DNA of 64,000 nucleotides. Origin: an uncultured Coprobacillus sp. GTDB taxonomy: Bacteria > Bacillota_I > Bacilli_A > RFN20 > CAG-826. The notes under the pieces were generated by a model that saw only the letters and a program-made list of their open reading frames with translations, was not told the DNA's origin and ran no database searches. Numbering within the stretch: the stretch's first letter is position 1; each line of letters begins with the position of its first letter. The translations under genes and the position numbers were made by a program. The stretch lies in NCBI GenBank assembly GCA_964583155.1, contig CAZOUY010000007.1, positions 3,260 to 67,259 of the forward strand, given 5' to 3'. Of the stretch, positions 49,922 to 59,680 are shown piece after piece.

Positions 49922-50776
49922 TTAAATCGAATATTGAACTAATGAAAACGTAACTGTTCCATATCTAATGCTTCCGGTAATATCAAAGAGAGGATGATTT
50001 CCACTCGTTGTCAAATTACATTTTCCACTAGTGATCGTAATATCAACATTCAGCACATCAAAATCGTACACAATGCCTATAGTCATCGTGCCACTTAAAA
50101 CATCAAAATCCAGACTTTCAAACATTAATTGTTCAAAGCTAATCTTCCCCATATCATTATCGATTGTAATAGTGCCAAAAACATTTTTGCCCAAAAGCTT
50201 AAAGGTGCCCATACTGTTTTTAAGATTCAATGAATTACCATAGGCCTTAGTTATTTCCATCGTTCCCGATTGGAGATGATAGGTTTGATTATGGGCTGAA
50301 GGATTATTTATCATTGCGCGACCGGCCTTGAGATTGACAATAAAATTTTGAATTTGCCATGAGGAAGGAATAATGATTTCTATTTTAGTCGTTGGCGAAT
50401 AATGCGCAAAAACATTCCACCACATTTTAGTATTAAAATACTTTCCATGATTGATAATTATCTCCTGCTCATTTTTCGTAATCGCAAAATTTTGAACATC
50501 ACCGTAATAAAGAATTTGAATATCATTATCGCTTGTTTCTTCAGAAAAGCTGATGATTGTCTCGCTTTGAACAGATTGAATCTCAAATCGTTCAAGGCCA
50601 TCTTGATAATCCGCGGCAGATATCATCTCTTGATATTCGATAGCATCAGCATCATCGCCAAGATGAGAAAAATCAAATTTTAAACCGATAGCCCCTACTA
50701 AAGCTATGACAATTCCTAAAATAGAAAAAATTCCTAATGTCAATAAACCTTTTTTCTTCATTTTAGCGTCCTCCAA
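49922..50776 (-). CDS. DUF4097 (LiaG-like putative adhesin/beta-helix) family protein with N-terminal TM anchor
   Basis: N-terminal TM (LLTLGIFSILGIVIALVGAIGL) and a repetitive beta-strand-rich C-terminal part. Its gene overlaps the upstream DUF1700-like gene, a common pairing. Confidence 0.55.
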   Translation of the reverse strand: MEDAKMKKKGLLTLGIFSILGIVIALVGAIGLKFDFSHLGDDADAIEYQEMISAADYQDGLERFEIQSVQSETIISFSEETSDNDIQILYYGDVQNFAITKNEQEIIINHGKYFNTKMWWNVFAHYSPTTKIEIIIPSSWQIQNFIVNLKAGRAMINNPSAHNQTYHLQSGTMEITKAYGNSLNLKNSMGTFKLLGKNVFGTITIDNDMGKISFEQLMFESLDFDVLSGTMTIGIVYDFDVLNVDITITSGKCNLTTSGNHPLFDITGSIRYGTVTFSLVQYSI

Positions 50777-51410
50777 TCCAGCGAATGGTTCTTCTTAGAA
50801 GCTTCCATGATCCTTTAATAACCTGGTTCGTGGCAATAATAATCCAAAATATCAAGGTCGAGCCAAAAATGCCGATACCTAATTGTAAAAGACCGCCAAA
50901 AACGTTATTCATTATATGAAAGACCGAACCCACTACCACAAACAAGCCATAGATAGCAACGGCTAAGGAGGCTACAAAAATACCGATATAGCTTATGGTG
51001 ATAGTTAGAGCAAATCCAAAAATAACCACCAAAAGCAAAAACCAAAAAGGAAAAGTCAGAGCCCAAAGGACTTTTTGCTTTTTCGTTCGCTTATGTTTTT
51101 CCTTTAAAGAGACATTATCTTCTTCTGTTGGCCTTTCATTTTTATTATGATGATCTAAATTATGATCCGATATTTGTAGCTGAGGATTAAATTCAACGAT
51201 GGTTGAGCTTTGATTTGAGGATGAATGATGGGTAATTATCTCATGAGCGGTAGGAATAGATGCTAAAAAAGCATCTTCGGAAACATTATTATTTTGTGCT
51301 TCCGTCCATTTTTGATGCCATTCATTTAAAATGATGTTTCTTTGTTCTTCATCGAGTACGTTAGCCTCTTGTTCTAATTCCGAAAAGAATTCATCAACGG
51401 ACATCATCAA
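50763..51410 (-). CDS. DUF1700-like membrane protein
   Basis: N-terminus MSVDEFFSELEQEANVLDEEQRNIILNEWHQKW resembles DUF1700 (xxEFLxELxxxLxxLxEEE...). C-terminal TM segments. 215 aa. Confidence 0.5.
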   Translation of the reverse strand: MMMSVDEFFSELEQEANVLDEEQRNIILNEWHQKWTEAQNNNVSEDAFLASIPTAHEIITHHSSSNQSSTIVEFNPQLQISDHNLDHHNKNERPTEEDNVSLKEKHKRTKKQKVLWALTFPFWFLLLVVIFGFALTITISYIGIFVASLAVAIYGLFVVVGSVFHIMNNVFGGLLQLGIGIFGSTLIFWIIIATNQVIKGSWKLLRRTIRWIGGR

Positions 51411-51541
51411 TCACCTCCATGAAAATAACAGCTTAGATTTTATCTTATCATAAACATTCAAAAAAAGCGATTCGTCTTGACATAAATATAAGTTTAAACT
51501 ATATTTATATTAGAAATATATGTGGAAAAGGGGTAAAAATT

Positions 51542-52006
51542 ATGTTTGGAAAAAAGTCTAGTGGAAGTAGTAGTGGTAGTGGCTTTAAATTTAAAGGAGT
51601 AAAAGATGGTTTTTCTGCACGCGATGTCTTTGTTAAAAAACTCGATGCAGAAAAAATCAAATATGATCTTCACTCCGAAAAACCTATTCTTTATGTTGGT
51701 TATAAAGGAGATAATTTCGATAGCCTAACATTCACATTCATTTTTGATGATGATGGTGAATCTTTCGCACTTCGTGTTTTCTCAATCGAAAAATTTTCAG
51801 AGGATCAACTCCCTGATGCTTATGAATTCTGTAACGCAATGTGCTATGCCTATCGTTGGTTACGTTTCTACGTCGATAGCGATAATGAATTCACAGCTGC
51901 TCTTGACGCTGTCATCAACGGCGATAGCATCGGTGATGAATGCTATGAACTATTAGGACGGGCTGTTAATATCGTCGATGAAGTTTGTGGCAAAATGCAC
52001 GAATAA
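51542..52006 (+). CDS. YbjN-domain-like hypothetical protein
   Basis: 154 aa, acidic and soluble. Gly/Ser-rich N-terminus. Overall size and pattern resemble YbjN-family (putative sensory transduction regulator) proteins. Confidence 0.4.
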   Translation: MFGKKSSGSSSGSGFKFKGVKDGFSARDVFVKKLDAEKIKYDLHSEKPILYVGYKGDNFDSLTFTFIFDDDGESFALRVFSIEKFSEDQLPDAYEFCNAMCYAYRWLRFYVDSDNEFTAALDAVINGDSIGDECYELLGRAVNIVDEVCGKMHE

Positions 52007-52019
52007 TCATTTTAGAATT

Positions 52020-52051
52020 AAAAAAAACATTCCTTAGCGAATGTTTTTTTA
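52020..52051. terminator. bidirectional rho-independent terminator (A7-hairpin-T7) between the YbjN-like gene and tRNA-Gln
   Basis: AAAAAAA-ACATTC-CTTAGC-GAATGT-TTTTTTT seen directly in the sequence. Confidence 0.55.
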
Positions 52052-52052
52052 T

Positions 52053-52127
52053 TGGCTGGGGTATCTGGATTCGAACCAGAGCATCGAAGGTTCAGAGCCT
52101 TCTGCCTTACCGCTTGGCCATACCCCA
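52053..52127 (-). tRNA. tRNA-Gln (anticodon CUG)
   Basis: Reverse complement is TGGGGTA-TG-GCCAAGCGGTAAGGC-A-GAAGG-CTCTGAA-CCTTC-GATGC-TCTGG-TTCGAAT-CCAGA-TACCCCA-G-CCA. The U1:A72 pair is typical of bacterial tRNA-Gln. Confidence 0.85.
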
Positions 52128-52166
52128 AATTCAGTTGCACTACTATAGTAGCACAACTTATCAAAT

Positions 52167-52622
52167 TTAGAAAAGATTTTTCTTTTCTAAATCCAAAAGA
52201 AAGCATTTGTAGGCAATCCCTGGAGCAAAGCCACCGAGATTGCCATTTTTGTTAATGACACGATGGCAAGGAACAATAATCATCAAAGGATTGACATGAA
52301 TCGCTTGTCCCACAGCACGCACCGCTTTTTCGTTATGAATGGCTTGGGCCACATCAAAATAAGAAACGGTCGCCCCGTAAGGAATCGCTAGCAAGGCTCT
52401 CCACACCTTTTTTTGAAATGGTGTTCCAAATAGTTTAATAGGAATAGTAAAAGACTTTCTTTGATTCATAAAATACTCGTCTATTTCTTTTATCGCCTTT
52501 TGAATGATCGGATTATCGTTTGACTTTAGCTCCGCATTTGTCAATGATAATTCGATGATAAATCCTCCGTCTTCTTTGATCAACAGATGACCCATTGATG
52601 TGTCAAAAATAGCCTCATTCAT
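52167..52622 (-). CDS. ogt: methylated-DNA--protein-cysteine methyltransferase
   Basis: Active site VPCHRVI and upstream IPYGATVSY motif. Confidence 0.9.
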   Translation of the reverse strand: MNEAIFDTSMGHLLIKEDGGFIIELSLTNAELKSNDNPIIQKAIKEIDEYFMNQRKSFTIPIKLFGTPFQKKVWRALLAIPYGATVSYFDVAQAIHNEKAVRAVGQAIHVNPLMIIVPCHRVINKNGNLGGFAPGIAYKCFLLDLEKKNLF

Positions 52623-53250
52623 CTTTTGTTGCCTGTAATAATATCTCGTGCCCCGGCTTTAAAAACAAAGAATGCGGGCAAGAAAAGCTTTGTGTTATCG
52701 TTTCATCATAAAGAGAGTCGGGTTTACTATGAATGGGAATGCTAAACCATGCCGAAACGATGCGGGCACACATCGAAGCCTCCCTAGCATCCATGTTATA
52801 TATTCCATCCGTTGGGAAAAAGGCATAGTCAATCTTTCTTGAAGTCAAATCATACATTTCCTTAATCAACGAGGTATCGCCTGCTGCGTAAATCAAAACA
52901 CCATCAACCGCAATCAAGTAGCCAACACATTCTTCCTTGCTATGGTTTTGATTATAGGCCGGAACCGATTCAACCACAAAGGATCCGAAAGCTCTTTTTT
53001 GATAGATCCCATCGATCAGCATATCCTTAGCCCTTACGATAACCGTACTATCTTTTTGTGTTGCCATTCCAATCTGATTATGATCATAATGCTCATGGGT
53101 AATCAAAATATAGTCGGCGGCCAAGTGATAACCTTCACCGATAAAGGGATCTAGATAAAGGACTTCGCCCCTTTGCGAGACAATTCTTAGGCTACCATGT
53201 CCTTGATATAATAGCTTTGCCATTTTATAATTCTTCCTTTTTAAAAGCAC
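52615..53250 (-). CDS. MBL-fold metallo-hydrolase
   Basis: ITHEHYDH metal-binding motif. 211 aa. Confidence 0.8.
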   Translation of the reverse strand: MLLKRKNYKMAKLLYQGHGSLRIVSQRGEVLYLDPFIGEGYHLAADYILITHEHYDHNQIGMATQKDSTVIVRAKDMLIDGIYQKRAFGSFVVESVPAYNQNHSKEECVGYLIAVDGVLIYAAGDTSLIKEMYDLTSRKIDYAFFPTDGIYNMDAREASMCARIVSAWFSIPIHSKPDSLYDETITQSFSCPHSLFLKPGHEILLQATKDE

Positions 53251-54407
53251 TCTTGCAAAATTTGCAAGATCTCGGCAGCTGTAAATATATGATATCCGCC
53301 CCCACGACGATTAGAAGTTTGCGCAATTAATGGTAGCTGCTCTTCTTTCGCACCTAAATCGCGGAGACGATAGGTCATGCCGGTCTTTTTAATAAAATTC
53401 TCTAGCTCATCAATGCCTTGGCTTGCAACATCTAAATCGGTTTTCCCATCAGTTGATACCTTCCACACTCTTTCGGCAAAACGTACAAATTTCTTTGTTC
53501 CATATGGAAGCATATGACGATAATACGGGATAGAAATAGCCGCTAATCCCATACCGTGAGCACAATCGGTGTAGGCCCCTAATTGATGCTCGATTGCGTG
53601 AACCACCCAGTCTTGCTCTTTTGAAACACCTGTTATTTTATTGAGCGCCATGGTCGCAATCCACATGATATTGCTGCGCGTCTCATAATCATGCGGATCA
53701 TCTAACGCACGATAAGTATTATGAACCAAACTAACCATCAAGGCTTCTAAGATATCATCGGAGACATTGTCATCATCGCCGGAAAAGTATTGCTCCATCA
53801 AATGCGAGAAAATATCAAAAATTCCGCTTAGCATTTGATATTTAGGCACAGTATACGTATAAATCGGATTTAAAATGGAAAAACGAGGATTCACAAAAGG
53901 TGGGAAAACTCTTCCCATTTTGATTTTAGATTCCTCATTAGTGATCACCGATCCACTATTCATCTCCGAACCTGTTCCTACCATCGTAAGTACCGCACCG
54001 ACAGGCACAATAGAATGATCAACGTCTTCATGATTAATAAAGAAACGTGTCCAAATATCGCCTTCGGCATAAGCACCAACCGAAATGGCCTTTGCACAGT
54101 CGATAACCGAACCACCACCGACTGCCAAAATCAAGTCGATTCGCTGTTTTCGGCATATTTCTGCTCCTTCTAAAACCTTTTGATAAGAAGGATTCGGTAG
54201 GATGTTATTGATCTCAAAAACCGTTTTATGGGCAGTATGCAAAATTTCCATAATATCATCATATAATCCATATTTCTTGATGGAGCCTCCGCCATAAGCT
54301 AAGAGAATATGATCGCCATATTTTGATAATTCCGATGCTAAGTTCTTTAACGATTCTTGACCAAAATAGATTTTTGTCGGATTTTCATAAGTAAAATCAT
54401 ATTTCAT
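53241..54407 (-). CDS. iron-containing alcohol dehydrogenase
   Basis: GGGSVIDCAKAI and conserved His cluster (HAIEH...AHG). 388 aa. Confidence 0.85.
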   Translation of the reverse strand: MKYDFTYENPTKIYFGQESLKNLASELSKYGDHILLAYGGGSIKKYGLYDDIMEILHTAHKTVFEINNILPNPSYQKVLEGAEICRKQRIDLILAVGGGSVIDCAKAISVGAYAEGDIWTRFFINHEDVDHSIVPVGAVLTMVGTGSEMNSGSVITNEESKIKMGRVFPPFVNPRFSILNPIYTYTVPKYQMLSGIFDIFSHLMEQYFSGDDDNVSDDILEALMVSLVHNTYRALDDPHDYETRSNIMWIATMALNKITGVSKEQDWVVHAIEHQLGAYTDCAHGMGLAAISIPYYRHMLPYGTKKFVRFAERVWKVSTDGKTDLDVASQGIDELENFIKKTGMTYRLRDLGAKEEQLPLIAQTSNRRGGGYHIFTAAEILQILQECF

Positions 54408-54417
54408 TTACTTCACC

Positions 54418-56877
54418 TCATTTCGCATCATATCCCGCTTCTTTAATGGCGTCAATAATCGCTTGGCGATCAACGGTATCATGATACGAAATAACGACAT
54501 TCTTTTTTTCTAGGTTCGCCTCCGCATCTAGAACATTAGCGACACTTTTTGCTGCTTTTTCGACGTGACTTTTGCAATGGCCACACATCATTCCTTCGAC
54601 AACAATTTCCATAGTTTTATTCATCTTTTCTTCCTCCTTTGATGAAATATTAATATTGCTTTTATGGGGTTTAAAGCCATAAATAGTTAACGCATTACAG
54701 ACGACAAAGACACTGGAGAAGCTCATAGCCAAAGAGCCGATCATCGGATTAAGCCTGATTCCTAATGATGGATAAAGAATTCCCGACGCTAAGACAATAC
54801 CGATGCAATTATAAAAGAAGGCCCAAAACAGATTTCCTTTAATCGTATTTAAAACCCTTTTGCTCAAATCAATAATCGAAATGATATCGCCTAATTCTTT
54901 TCTCAATAAGACGATATCGCTGGATTCGACCGCTATATCGCTACCGCCTCCGATGGCCACGCCTAAATCAGCACTGGTTAACGCCAAAGCGTCGTTAACT
55001 CCATCTCCAACCATCGCTACGAGATGACGATTATCTTCTTTTAAAGACTCGATAACCGCCTGTTTATCTTGTGGTAAAACATCCGCCATGACTTCATCGA
55101 TTCCGACTTCATTGGCAATCGCTTGAGCGGTTAAATGGTTATCGCCGGTCAGCATAATAACACGGATGTTTTTTTGTTTAAGCGCCTGAATCGTTTCGAC
55201 GACATTAGGCTTAACTTGATCCTTGATCACTATTAATCCGATTGCTATATCATCTTGAGTAATAACTAAAGGAGTGGCTCCGCTGCGTGCAAAGCTTTCC
55301 ATTTGGTTTTTAATGTCTTCACCAACATTAACTCCCTTTAAATTTCCTATATAATAATGATGATGATCAATATCGCCACAAATTCCATGACCGGAAATAG
55401 CTTCAAAACCCGTGCTTTCCAAAAGGCGTGCGCTATGGGCTTCACCATATTCCACCACCGCCTGAGCCAAAGGATGCTCCGATTTTTTTTCTAATGAATA
55501 AACCTCCGATAAATGGTCATGGCCATCAAAGGATAGCCATTCAATAATCCGTGGCTTACCTTCGGTAATAGTGCCGGTCTTATCAAGCACAATGGTTTTG
55601 ATTAAATGTGCTTTTTCAAGAATCTCCGCGTTTTTAACCAATAAGCCACATTCGGCGCCTTTGCCAGTCCCTACCATAATAGCCACCGGGGTTGCAAGTC
55701 CTAAAGCACAAGGACAAGCGATAACAAGCATGGAAACAGCATAATTAAAGGCATCTTCAAATGGCGTTTTAATTATTAGATAAATGATGAAGGTTAAAAG
55801 CGATAAGCAGATGATAATCGGTACAAAAACCCCGGATATTTTATCCACCAATTTGGAAATGGGCGCTTTGGAATTGCTGGCTTCTTCCACTAAGCGAATC
55901 ATCGTATTGATAGAAGTATCATCTCCAACTTTGACCGCTTCCATTTTAAAATAGCCGGCCACGACGATACTTGATGACAAAACCTCGGCCCCTTTTTCTT
56001 TATAATTGGGAATACTTTCGCCTGTTAAGGTCGCTTCATCTAAAGAAGCCGATCCTTCGATAATCACACCATCTACCGGAACAGCATCGCCTTTATACAC
56101 AACCAAAATATCTCCCTTTTTAATCTCTTCAACCAAAACCGTCTCTTCTATTTCGCCATTAAGTCTTTTGGCATATTTCGGAGCCAAATCCATCAGCTTT
56201 TCAATAGCGGTCGTTGTTTTCTTCTTCGAAAGACCCTCTAAATACTTACCGAGGCTCACCAAGGTAAGAATCATCCCGGATGATTCAAAATAAAGATTAT
56301 GGTGATAGTGATGAACAAGCTCTAAATCTTGACTCTGCCATCCTTGAAAGATTCTAATAATAGCAAAAATACCATAAAGAAAGGAAATGGAAGAGCCCAA
56401 GGCTATGAGAGTGTCCATATTGGGCTTACCCTTAAACAGCTTTTGAAATCCTGATTTGAAATAACGGAAATAGATAACGATAATAGGTATCGTAAAAATC
56501 AATTGGGAAAGCGCGTGATAGAAGGCATGATCCTCACCACTTAAAAAGGGTGGTAAAGGAATGCCAATCATGCTTCCCATTGATAAATACATGAGGACTA
56601 ATAAAAAGCCAAAGCTAATGAGAAGCTTTCTTAAGTCGTGGTTCTTAGCTTTTTTTCGACTTTCCTTTTGATGCTCATAAGCCTTATAGCCTGCTTGCGA
56701 TACAGCGCGCTCAATATCCTGAATGCTACATTCATTTTCATTGAGATCAACCTCCATTGAATTTGATAAAAGATTGACACTTACGCTTTGGACACCTTTC
56801 ACTTTACTAACGGCTCCTTGAACATGGCTTTGGCACGCTGCACAAGTCATGCCTTCAACATCAAACTTCTTTTTCAT
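54418..56877 (-). CDS. copA: copper-translocating P1B-type ATPase with N-terminal and C-terminal HMA domains
   Basis: N-terminal GMTCAACQSHV HMA, CPC transmembrane metal site, DKTGTIT, GDGVNDA, and a second HMA at the extreme C-terminus (GMMCGHCKSHV). Confidence 0.95.
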   Translation of the reverse strand: MKKKFDVEGMTCAACQSHVQGAVSKVKGVQSVSVNLLSNSMEVDLNENECSIQDIERAVSQAGYKAYEHQKESRKKAKNHDLRKLLISFGFLLVLMYLSMGSMIGIPLPPFLSGEDHAFYHALSQLIFTIPIIVIYFRYFKSGFQKLFKGKPNMDTLIALGSSISFLYGIFAIIRIFQGWQSQDLELVHHYHHNLYFESSGMILTLVSLGKYLEGLSKKKTTTAIEKLMDLAPKYAKRLNGEIEETVLVEEIKKGDILVVYKGDAVPVDGVIIEGSASLDEATLTGESIPNYKEKGAEVLSSSIVVAGYFKMEAVKVGDDTSINTMIRLVEEASNSKAPISKLVDKISGVFVPIIICLSLLTFIIYLIIKTPFEDAFNYAVSMLVIACPCALGLATPVAIMVGTGKGAECGLLVKNAEILEKAHLIKTIVLDKTGTITEGKPRIIEWLSFDGHDHLSEVYSLEKKSEHPLAQAVVEYGEAHSARLLESTGFEAISGHGICGDIDHHHYYIGNLKGVNVGEDIKNQMESFARSGATPLVITQDDIAIGLIVIKDQVKPNVVETIQALKQKNIRVIMLTGDNHLTAQAIANEVGIDEVMADVLPQDKQAVIESLKEDNRHLVAMVGDGVNDALALTSADLGVAIGGGSDIAVESSDIVLLRKELGDIISIIDLSKRVLNTIKGNLFWAFFYNCIGIVLASGILYPSLGIRLNPMIGSLAMSFSSVFVVCNALTIYGFKPHKSNINISSKEEEKMNKTMEIVVEGMMCGHCKSHVEKAAKSVANVLDAEANLEKKNVVISYHDTVDRQAIIDAIKEAGYDAK

Positions 56878-57161
56878 TATTGAAACCTCCTAAAGAGATC
56901 CACAATCTCATCGATAGATTCGTACTTCCCTTCCTTAATATGCTCAATTAAGCAACTATGCATGTGTAAATCCAACAAAAGATTAGCGAGACTCTTTATC
57001 GATTTATCAACCGATGATAGTTGAATTAAGATATCATCACAATAGCGATCTTCTTGAATCATTTTGCTGATACCCGTTATTTGTCCGGATATTCTATTCA
57101 GTCGTGATATTAGCTTCTTCTTCGTTTCCGCATCGCGCTTCGTTTTTTGACAATTTTCCAT
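56877..57161 (-). CDS. csoR: CsoR/RcnR family copper-sensing transcriptional repressor
   Basis: About 94 aa from MENCQKT (RBS GAGGTG), with the conserved ...YCDDILIQLSSV...HMHSCLIEHI Cu-ligand pattern. The ORF-track start at 57230 reads through the operator and is probably too long. Confidence 0.85.
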   Translation of the reverse strand: MENCQKTKRDAETKKKLISRLNRISGQITGISKMIQEDRYCDDILIQLSSVDKSIKSLANLLLDLHMHSCLIEHIKEGKYESIDEIVDLFRRFQ

Positions 57162-57183
57162 TTTCTCACACCTCATATAAATA

Positions 57184-57204
57184 ATATACCCGGTAGGGGT
57201 ATAT
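57184..57204. promoter_or_regulatory. candidate CsoR operator ATATACCC-GGTAG-GGGTATAT
   Basis: GC-cored inverted repeat of the TACCC...GGGTA type that CsoR proteins bind, located between a TTGCAA-N17-TATTAT promoter and the csoR RBS. Confidence 0.5.
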
Positions 57205-57246
57205 TTCAAGACATAATATATTATATACAAGGAGGTTGCAAAAGTC

Positions 57247-58170
57247 TTATTTGATGCTCAACATTATTTTTAAAGCCGTAATACGTTTCAAGATTGCCTC
57301 ATGTGCCGCTTCGCTCTTCGTAATGGCGTCATAGCCATGATAAGTGCCTTTGGTAAAATTGGTGATCACCTGAACACCTTCTTTTTGAAGACGCTCGGCA
57401 AATTCTATACCTTCATCTCTTAAACAATCATATTCAGCAGTTTCCAAATATGTACAAGGGAAAGAGCTTAAATCCGTTTCTTCACTGGGCGATACACACG
57501 GAATCTTGTCAATCAGTAATTCCCACATTCTTTTGTTGGCCTTTGCATCCCACATTGGAGTGTCATCATAGATTTGCATCGATTCCGTTTTCATTCGCTG
57601 ATCTAAGACCGGATAGATCAATAAGCATCCGCAAGGCAACGGATAATTTTTTGCGCGCAATTTAAAAAATAATGAGGCGGCTAAAAAACCGCCGGCCGAA
57701 TCACCCGCTAAAATAATTTTTTGCAAATCTAAATTAAAGCTTTGCGAATTGTTAATCATATATTCGTAAACCGAAAGACAATCTAAAAGAGGAATGGGAT
57801 ATTTGTTTTTCGGTAAAAGACGATAATCAACAAAAAAGACCTTACTGTTGGTCGCCAATGCATATTCGCGAGCGTATCGCCATTGATAAGGAACCGCACT
57901 ATAGACAAATCCCCCGCCATGCATATATAAAATTGATGATGATTTCTCATCATGATTGAGGCTCTTAGGCTCAATAATATAGAGAGTGATTTGTTTGCCA
58001 TCAAAGGTCGGAATTCTTTTTCGACTCACCGAGCACTCTTTATCACTCCGAAATGATTTATGAAGAATTTTTAAAACAGGGTTTCCCAAAATATACGGCA
58101 AATTGGTAGAAGGAGGAACTAACCACTCCAAAACTCGTAAATCAGATTGAAATTCATATTTATCATCCAT
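57247..58170 (-). CDS. alpha/beta hydrolase (esterase/lipase, HSL-like)
   Basis: HGGGF oxyanion motif and GDSAGG nucleophile elbow. 307 aa. Confidence 0.8.
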   Translation of the reverse strand: MDDKYEFQSDLRVLEWLVPPSTNLPYILGNPVLKILHKSFRSDKECSVSRKRIPTFDGKQITLYIIEPKSLNHDEKSSSILYMHGGGFVYSAVPYQWRYAREYALATNSKVFFVDYRLLPKNKYPIPLLDCLSVYEYMINNSQSFNLDLQKIILAGDSAGGFLAASLFFKLRAKNYPLPCGCLLIYPVLDQRMKTESMQIYDDTPMWDAKANKRMWELLIDKIPCVSPSEETDLSSFPCTYLETAEYDCLRDEGIEFAERLQKEGVQVITNFTKGTYHGYDAITKSEAAHEAILKRITALKIMLSIK

Positions 58171-58291
58171 AGTTGCTTCCTCCTTAATCTTAACAATTTT
58201 ATTTTAACATTTCTTAGTCGTAATTGAATAAAAACAAAAAATCTATTATCAAATAAATAATAGATTTTTCTTTTTTGATATTTAGTTCGAA

Positions 58292-59674
58292 CTACTCTAT
58301 CGCTATAAAATAACTGTAAATATCCTGTTTTCCCTCAATTTCTCCTAATTCTAAATACGGATACTCCTTGAGAATATAGTCGCGAATTTCTTGCTTTTCA
58401 TTATCTAAAACATCTTTTCCATAAATAAAAACGATTACTTCCTTTTCTTGAATATTTTCCATGCTTTTTAATAGCTCTTTTACGATTTCAACTTTGTTTG
58501 AATGGCATACTTTAATATCGTCATCCACTATAGCTATATAATCGTTAGCGTGGATATCCAGATCACGAATTTTCATGTTACGAATAGAATAGGTGACACT
58601 CACCGAGACAACTCGATCCATAGCGTCGGTGAAATTAGTCATGATTTCGTCTAAATCATCGGAAGTATAGTCAAGCATCGATAAAGCGGAATAGCATGAT
58701 GGAATGGACTTGGTCGGTACAATAATCACATTAGCTTTATGATAATGATCGGCCGCTTGTTGCGCAGCTAAAATAATGTTTTTATTGTTGGGAAAGACAA
58801 AAATATTCTCGGCATCAATTTTTCGAAACGCTTTAATAAAATCTTCGCTGGATGGATTCATGGTTTGACCGCCAAAAACAATCACATCCGCGCCCATTTC
58901 TTGAAATAAATTAGAAATACCTTCTCCGGAAGAAACAGCGACCACCGCATATTTTAAGTGTTCTTGTAGAGTTTCTTCTTGGTAAGACGATTCGTCATTA
59001 TTATGAGAAGAATAACTCTCATCCAACGAATCAGCTTGTTTCAAAGAATCTGAATCCTCGCCCTTTAAAGCAGAAAGTATCCCTTCAAAAATACACACAA
59101 AGCCCGCTCCTCCTGAATCGATGACCCCGGCTTCTTTTAAAATAGGAAGAAGATCGGGGGTTTTCATTAAGGCTGATTCCGCTTCTTTGACATAACAATC
59201 AAAAACGTCATCAATGGAATGAAAGTATTTTTCTTTTTGCTTAACCTTTTCCGCTGCTACACGCATGACGGTCAGCATCGTACCTTCCGTCGGATTTTGC
59301 ACTACTTTATATGCTCTCATCACTCCGCCATTAAGAGCTTCGATTAAGGTATGTATTTCCATAACTTCCTTATCACTAAGGCAATTAGCCATACCTTTAA
59401 AAAACTGCGATAAAATAACTCCGGAGTTGCCACGAGCCGACATAGTCATGGATTTGGCCAATTGAGCAAACATTTTGCCGATATGGTCATCTTCTAGGCC
59501 TTTAATGCCTTCCACACCACCTTGAATAGTCATACTCATATTAGTTCCCGTATCACCATCAGGCACTGGAAAAACATTCAATGCATTAATACGATCGATA
59601 TCACGAATTAAACTTTGAGCTCCACTAATTAATAAAGGTCGAAAACTATTAGCATCTAAAACATTTATAAGCAT
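58292..59674 (-). CDS. fakA: DAK2-domain protein, fatty acid kinase subunit FakA-like
   Basis: N-terminal Dak2 motif FPVPDGDTGTNM. 460 aa. Immediately upstream of, and co-oriented with, a DegV gene. Confidence 0.75.
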   Translation of the reverse strand: MLINVLDANSFRPLLISGAQSLIRDIDRINALNVFPVPDGDTGTNMSMTIQGGVEGIKGLEDDHIGKMFAQLAKSMTMSARGNSGVILSQFFKGMANCLSDKEVMEIHTLIEALNGGVMRAYKVVQNPTEGTMLTVMRVAAEKVKQKEKYFHSIDDVFDCYVKEAESALMKTPDLLPILKEAGVIDSGGAGFVCIFEGILSALKGEDSDSLKQADSLDESYSSHNNDESSYQEETLQEHLKYAVVAVSSGEGISNLFQEMGADVIVFGGQTMNPSSEDFIKAFRKIDAENIFVFPNNKNIILAAQQAADHYHKANVIIVPTKSIPSCYSALSMLDYTSDDLDEIMTNFTDAMDRVVSVSVTYSIRNMKIRDLDIHANDYIAIVDDDIKVCHSNKVEIVKELLKSMENIQEKEVIVFIYGKDVLDNEKQEIRDYILKEYPYLELGEIEGKQDIYSYFIAIE

Positions 59675-59680
59675 AATAAT

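Noticed and set aside
52128-52166. Quasi-palindrome AGTTGCACTACTATAGTAGCACAACT upstream of tRNA-Gln as an operator or promoter.
   Set aside because: Only the TACTATAGTA core is truly palindromic and the flanks are direct rather than inverted. No well-spaced -35/-10 could be assigned, so it is probably just promoter-region AT-rich sequence.
56877-57230. The 117-aa ORF-track version of csoR starting at 57230.
   Set aside because: The N-terminal 23 codons have no RBS and translate across the operator and promoter. An internal start with a GAGGTG RBS gives the canonical CsoR length of about 94 aa.
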